A stretch of DNA of 59,358 bases, the filler included, from Sluysia triapertura (lineage: Eukaryota): NCBI GenBank assembly GCA_046118255.1. It is 5 parts of 5 records of this genome, joined end to end, with 100 filler letters (N's around TTAATTAATTAA, not from the genome) between each part and the next. Parts side by side here need not be neighbours in the genome. Positions count along the whole stretch, not along the records: positions 48,210 to 59,358 come from JBJNIA010188222.1; 4 more parts are not named here. One strand, given 5' to 3'. A model generated the notes under the pieces. The model ran no database searches. It was not told the DNA's origin and saw only the letters and a program-made list of their open reading frames with translations. This document shows, piece after piece, positions 54,566-59,358 of the stretch (position 1 is its first letter; the number at the start of each line of letters is the position of its first letter). The position numbers were made by a program, and so were the translations under genes.

Positions 54566-55591
54566 TTAATTTAAACTTAACACAGAATAATGGCGATAGT
54601 TTCGATTTAATTCCATACATTTAGCACGACATAATGCCGATGCTAATCGTATTCTCATAAAATTATCATCATTAGATTGATTGATTACCGCATTTGATAA
54701 TTTTCTATTTTCAGGAATTATTTTTAATGAACTTGAACGATTTAAATTCGCTTTGTTGATTGATTTAAATGATAAAGTCTTGCGTAGTGATCTTGATGAT
54801 ATTTCTATGGAAAGCTTTCTTTTAATTGATGGTGAATTTGGCTTTATTGTATTATGACTAATTAACCAATCAATCACTTTTTGTCGCTTAAAGGAATTAG
54901 TTGGTCGTTTCCATTTAATTATGTTTTGTTTTTTATGTATTGGCTCGTAATATGCAGATGTTTCTTCAATGTGACTATTATTAATTTCGGGTTTTGTTTC
55001 TGAATTAATCCATGTTTTAATTGCTGGAAGATGCTTCACTAATGATTTTAATGACAATTGTGAATTATTACAAGATAACTGAGGTGGCAATTTTGCAATA
55101 TTAATTACTGAATTAGTAGTTTTGTGATGTAAATGAAATTCTGATTTGTGTTTTAATTTACGAATTGGATCGAAATTTGTTCGATTTCTAATTGTCTTTA
55201 AAGTATTTTCTATAAATCTTGTTATACTATTTTTGGTTTTTATTAATTCAACTTCTGGACGGTTTGATGAATTGAATTTTTCGATTTCATGCTTTTTCAC
55301 AGTATTGTCATCAAGTATGTTTTGTAAAGGTTGTCTAGGTTGAGGCAGTAAATTATTTGACGATTTTGATAATGAACGTATATATGGATTACTCACATTT
55401 CTGTTTAAAGGATTACATCGACGTGCGAGCTTCTTTTGTAAAGAACTCACTTGTGAACATTGTGATAAATTTCTGAATGGTTTTATGGGAGGTTTGTTAG
55501 TCAAGTTAACAAGATTGGACATAAAATCATAAAACTTAATTTTTATTGATTTACATAAAAATACTTTAATGGTAAAACATATTAATTTCAT
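54566..55591 (-). CDS. 341-aa basic, Ser/Asn/Lys-rich, probably disordered protein of unknown function
   Basis: Long ATG-initiated ORF, convergent with 53057-54310. No domain recognised. Confidence 0.7.
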   Translation of the reverse strand: MKLICFTIKVFLCKSIKIKFYDFMSNLVNLTNKPPIKPFRNLSQCSQVSSLQKKLARRCNPLNRNVSNPYIRSLSKSSNNLLPQPRQPLQNILDDNTVKKHEIEKFNSSNRPEVELIKTKNSITRFIENTLKTIRNRTNFDPIRKLKHKSEFHLHHKTTNSVINIAKLPPQLSCNNSQLSLKSLVKHLPAIKTWINSETKPEINNSHIEETSAYYEPIHKKQNIIKWKRPTNSFKRQKVIDWLISHNTIKPNSPSIKRKLSIEISSRSLRKTLSFKSINKANLNRSSSLKIIPENRKLSNAVINQSNDDNFMRIRLASALCRAKCMELNRNYRHYSVLSLN

Positions 55592-57294
55592 TATTGATAT
55601 TAAACTTTAGGAAAAAATATTTTAGAGGAAAAATATTTTATTCTTGATTGTGAATAAATTGGCATAGAAATTTCATAAAATTATAAACAACAATGTTGAA
55701 ACTACTACATTAGTGTATATTTAAATATGCTTTTACATTAATTAAAATTGTTATCAATCATATTTAAGGTTTGTTTTAAATCACAAAGACATCAACTTTT
55801 GATAATGTTAAAAAGATTATTGCAATAAATCTTCAATATTTTTGTAAAAATAGCTGCAAGCAATTAAAGTTACTTTTCTTTTTAAAACAAAATCAAGTTA
55901 CTCTACTCGAAACACTTCGTCGATGTCAACTTAAATGTACGTAGATATTTTATCTTAACTCGTTTAGTTTGTTATCTTAATGTCAAATTCAAACTATGTC
56001 TTAATAAAGAGTGTCTCTCTACGATCTGTATTCTATTAACTTTAAAATTATGAAGTGAGTCCTATACTCGTCTTAGATGTTCGAGATGGAAGTGCTTAAT
56101 AAATAAAATAACAATTTAAACTTTACTAATTAAGGCTTATGTACTCTCACTTTATTTCTACGAATTTTATTCTCTCAGCTTTTGTTGGGTATTAAAATGA
56201 GTATTTGATATTATAATTTGTAAAATTTATTTATTTTGTGAATAAATATTAAATTTGTATAAAAATATTAATTTAAGTATTAATATATAAAATAAAATAT
56301 TAATATTAATTCTACAAATACAATATAGTAAAATTTAAAATATTAATTGCAAATTGTTTGAGTAAAATAATTCAAATTTTAATATAAAGAATTTGTTTAA
56401 TCGAAATAATTCGTTTAAAAAACAAGATTGTGACTAAAATTTAATATAAATATACAATGGATTTTCAGTAGACTAACAATTAAAAAGTTTTCTAGATAAT
56501 TAGATTTTCTAGCAATGCAAAGATATTAACAATAATCTTGACACAATAATTAGATTTTTAAAAGTGATATGAGAGAATAATTACACGATAAATTAGATAA
56601 ATAATTTCTAACTATTCTTCATGATCTTTCGAAGACTAATATTTATCAATTCATGTACATGCGTAAGTTCATTTTGCTAAGTTTATATATGCTTCTCTTT
56701 TAAATGGAGGATCTTAAAATCACGTTAAAATCTAAAAATATTAAAAGCTTATCTTAATATTAAATAAATATTATCATTATTATATTTTTACGAATTGTGC
56801 ATGATGTTTACATTTTATGTAATTGTATCTTAATGATAATAAACTTTAACTATACATTTAAGTTGTTTTGTTTTGAATATTAATTGAATTGTTAAGTAGA
56901 CATATTACGTAGTCGATAAAATTCATTAATAACGAATAGAGCATCACATTTTAATATACATTGCTTTTAAAGTCAGAATTTCTGATTAACTTCAGTAATA
57001 AAAATTCGAATAGCACGTCCTTTAGAAATAAACGTAAATCGTGTTTATTAGGCGAATTAACCATTAGACAAAACTAAAAGTTAAATTTTATTCACTCTCT
57101 ACTTCTTAGGATTTTATTTACACTTTATTCTTTAAGATTTTGTTGATACTTTATACTTCAAGATTTTATTTATGCAAGTTTTATCTATTCAAATTTTATC
57201 TTTTAGTCTCTTTTTACCTTTTCGGACTCTATTTTCAATTCCCCTTCTAAACTTTTATAAATTCAAAAAAATTAATTTGTTAGACTTCGTAAAT

Positions 57295-57350
57295 TGGACT
57301 GACCGGGGATCGAACGCAGTTCGAATGCTCTACTACTGAGCTATCAGCCC
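57295..57350 (-). pseudogene. tRNA-Ala-derived sequence with an internal deletion (56 nt)
   Basis: GGGCTGA-TAGCTCAGTAGTAGAGC-ATTCGAACTGC-GTTCGATCCCCGG-TCAGTCC-A. It has a 7-bp acceptor stem with G3:U70, an A discriminator, a D arm, and A and B boxes. About 17 nt of the anticodon/variable region is missing. Confidence 0.75.
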
Positions 57351-57606
57351 CGTCTAACAAATTTATTTTATTATAGTCAATTTAACCCAACAAATTGAAC
57401 AAAAAATAGATTTTATTCAGACAGCGCAAAATTATCGATAGTACGAAATATATAACTAATAAAAATTCTAAAATTCATTAAACGAAAACTATTAACAAAT
57501 AAAGTTTTGTTTAATTTACTTTACAATGAATAGAACTAAATAAAAAAATAGATCCACATAAACAGGTAAGTATTGTTAATTGTGTAATTAATTGATAGTT
57601 AATTAC

Positions 57607-57665
57607 AATTTGACTTTGCTCAATATTAAGGCTTTCTTTGCATGAACTCCATCAAACCATATCAT
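57607..57665 (+). repeat. Repeat family B terminal fragment
   Basis: tttgactttgctcaatattaaggctttc is identical to 13200-13227. Confidence 0.85.
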
Positions 57666-58496
57666 CATTGTTACTTTTGCTTCACACTATCAATTATAAC
57701 TCAATAATTAAACAAATTCGGAATCTCAGTATACTTTTTAAAATATCACAATATTCTTTTATAATAATAAACCTCTAATAATACACCTCTAATGAAGTCA
57801 AGTGTACAATAAAGTGCTTAACATAATGTGATTTCACCTACGATCCTAGACTTACGAGTTACGGCTAGTCCTTAGGATTTTAGAGATTAGTAATGATTAT
57901 GCACTTTCTGGAGGTCAGTACTGTTAATTTAGGTTTTCGTTTTTATAGTGTCTTAATATTATTTAACTGAGACCTACTTATTTTTAGTAATAAATGAAAG
58001 TTATTTTATTCGTGTCACTCGTAAATAGAACCTCAGAAAATTTATTTTATTTAGCTTTAAATTCTTAAGAGTATTTTTACAAACTTATCGTATCACTCTT
58101 AATCAAATTTAAAAAATTTATTATTAAATTGAATTTATCAATTCAGTTTACTTTGGTTCTATATTAAATAGAACCGTTATCAATTTGTTAAGTTGGAATT
58201 TTACTGCGATTCATTATTAAATGGAATCGTTTAAAAAATTAGTAAGTTAATCCGGTTCTTTTGGTTAAAACATTTATCTAATCAAGATTTTATTTTGATT
58301 CCATAGTAAATTCAATCGTTTAAAAATTATGGTTTTTTGATTAAATAGAATCGATAAAATTTTATTTAATCGAAGTTGTTTAATTGAATTTAATTCTTAT
58401 GAAATCGTCCACTAACGGAACCGTTACTAATTATATTTTTTCTTCTAATTAAATATTATTTTCGCCATTATTCTTTAGAAATTATTTTCAAATTAA

Positions 58497-59040
58497 TTAT
58501 GAAGGATTGCCCAACTGTGGATCAGGAGATAAGTAAGAAACATATAGAACTATAAAATCAAGGAAGAACTGATACAAGTAATGGATTGAATATTATAAAC
58601 ATTGTTGAAATAAGAATCATGAAAGAAAATATTTGTAATGATCTTAACAGTTAAAGAATATCTTAAGGTTCCAAAGACCTATATAAGAGTTTGAGACCTT
58701 ATGGAAGCTTGAGATGGACCTGAAAAACCTTGAGAAGCATTAGATACCTTAGAACTTTAGATCATTTAAAACCTTATTAATTTTTAAGTAATCTTGGAAC
58801 ATTGATGAGCATTTGAGATCCTTTGATAATCTTATAAAGTGTTTAAAATCTTTAAAATAGTTGAGAAATAAAATCATTGTCATCGGTATTAAGAATAAAT
58901 CTAGTATAGTAATAATTAACATGAAGAAATAGATAAGGGAATCAGAGAGGTGAAGGTGAAAACATCTAAAGCCTCCTGAATGCCTTATAAACTACTAAAA
59001 AAATTTTAAAACCTCAATAAAACCTTTAAACATATAATAA
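58497..59040 (-). repeat. Repeat family B copy (inverted)
   Basis: The reverse complement aligns with about 13400-13940, for example gatgttttcaccttcacctc and tccacagttgg. Confidence 0.85.
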
Positions 59041-59358
59041 GTGTAGGGAACTCGTCATATGGTATTCACCATAACTCATCTCATATAGTTCATCACAATT
59101 CATCGCTTAAAAAACGATACAAATAAAGTGTTGAGGGCAAATTTATTAGTATTATCTTACAATTTTCTATTTTAAACGATTCAACAATAATTAAAACAAA
59201 ATTATTGTTTTTTATTTTACTATTAATTGTTAAAAAGGGCTTAAGGCCCAGATTTATTACAAATAAACAAATATTTACTATACGCGAAAACATGGCGAGA
59301 TTAAACAAATTGATATAACAAACAACAAAATGTATTAAGGACAATCCATTTACATAAA

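Noticed and set aside
58150-58430. CRISPR-like array
   Set aside because: The repeats are not identical, spacing is irregular, the context is eukaryotic, and there are no cas genes.

Overview
Very AT-rich (roughly 75-80% by eye) eukaryotic draft assembly, almost certainly from an animal. It contains spliced genes with GT-AG introns, (TAA)n microsatellites, four 100-bp spacers (N44-TTAATTAATTAA-N44) and one 131-N gap. Recognisable host genes are all partial: the 3' half of a two-pore-domain K+ channel, the ET+SEED end of a BET bromodomain protein, the SH3 end of an Abi-like adaptor, and one RRM exon. Two long intronless orphan ORFs lie convergently near the right end, and one may have a Mab-21/cGAS-like fold. 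The rest is dense with decayed mobile DNA: L2 LINEs, an RLE-type LINE, a gypsy gag fragment, a Tc1/mariner derivative, piggyBac and hAT derivatives, and three unclassified repeat families. The most unusual pattern is a set of intronless pieces of housekeeping genes. Some are dead (DDX27, RhoA). Others sit inside open chimeric ORFs: an STT3 catalytic-loop segment in a 386-aa ORF, and DUF4140-, CCCH- and B-box-like pieces clustered between inverted copies of a repeat. This suggests gene-fragment capture or shuffling. All homology calls come from motifs recalled from memory and compared by eye; no database searches were run.
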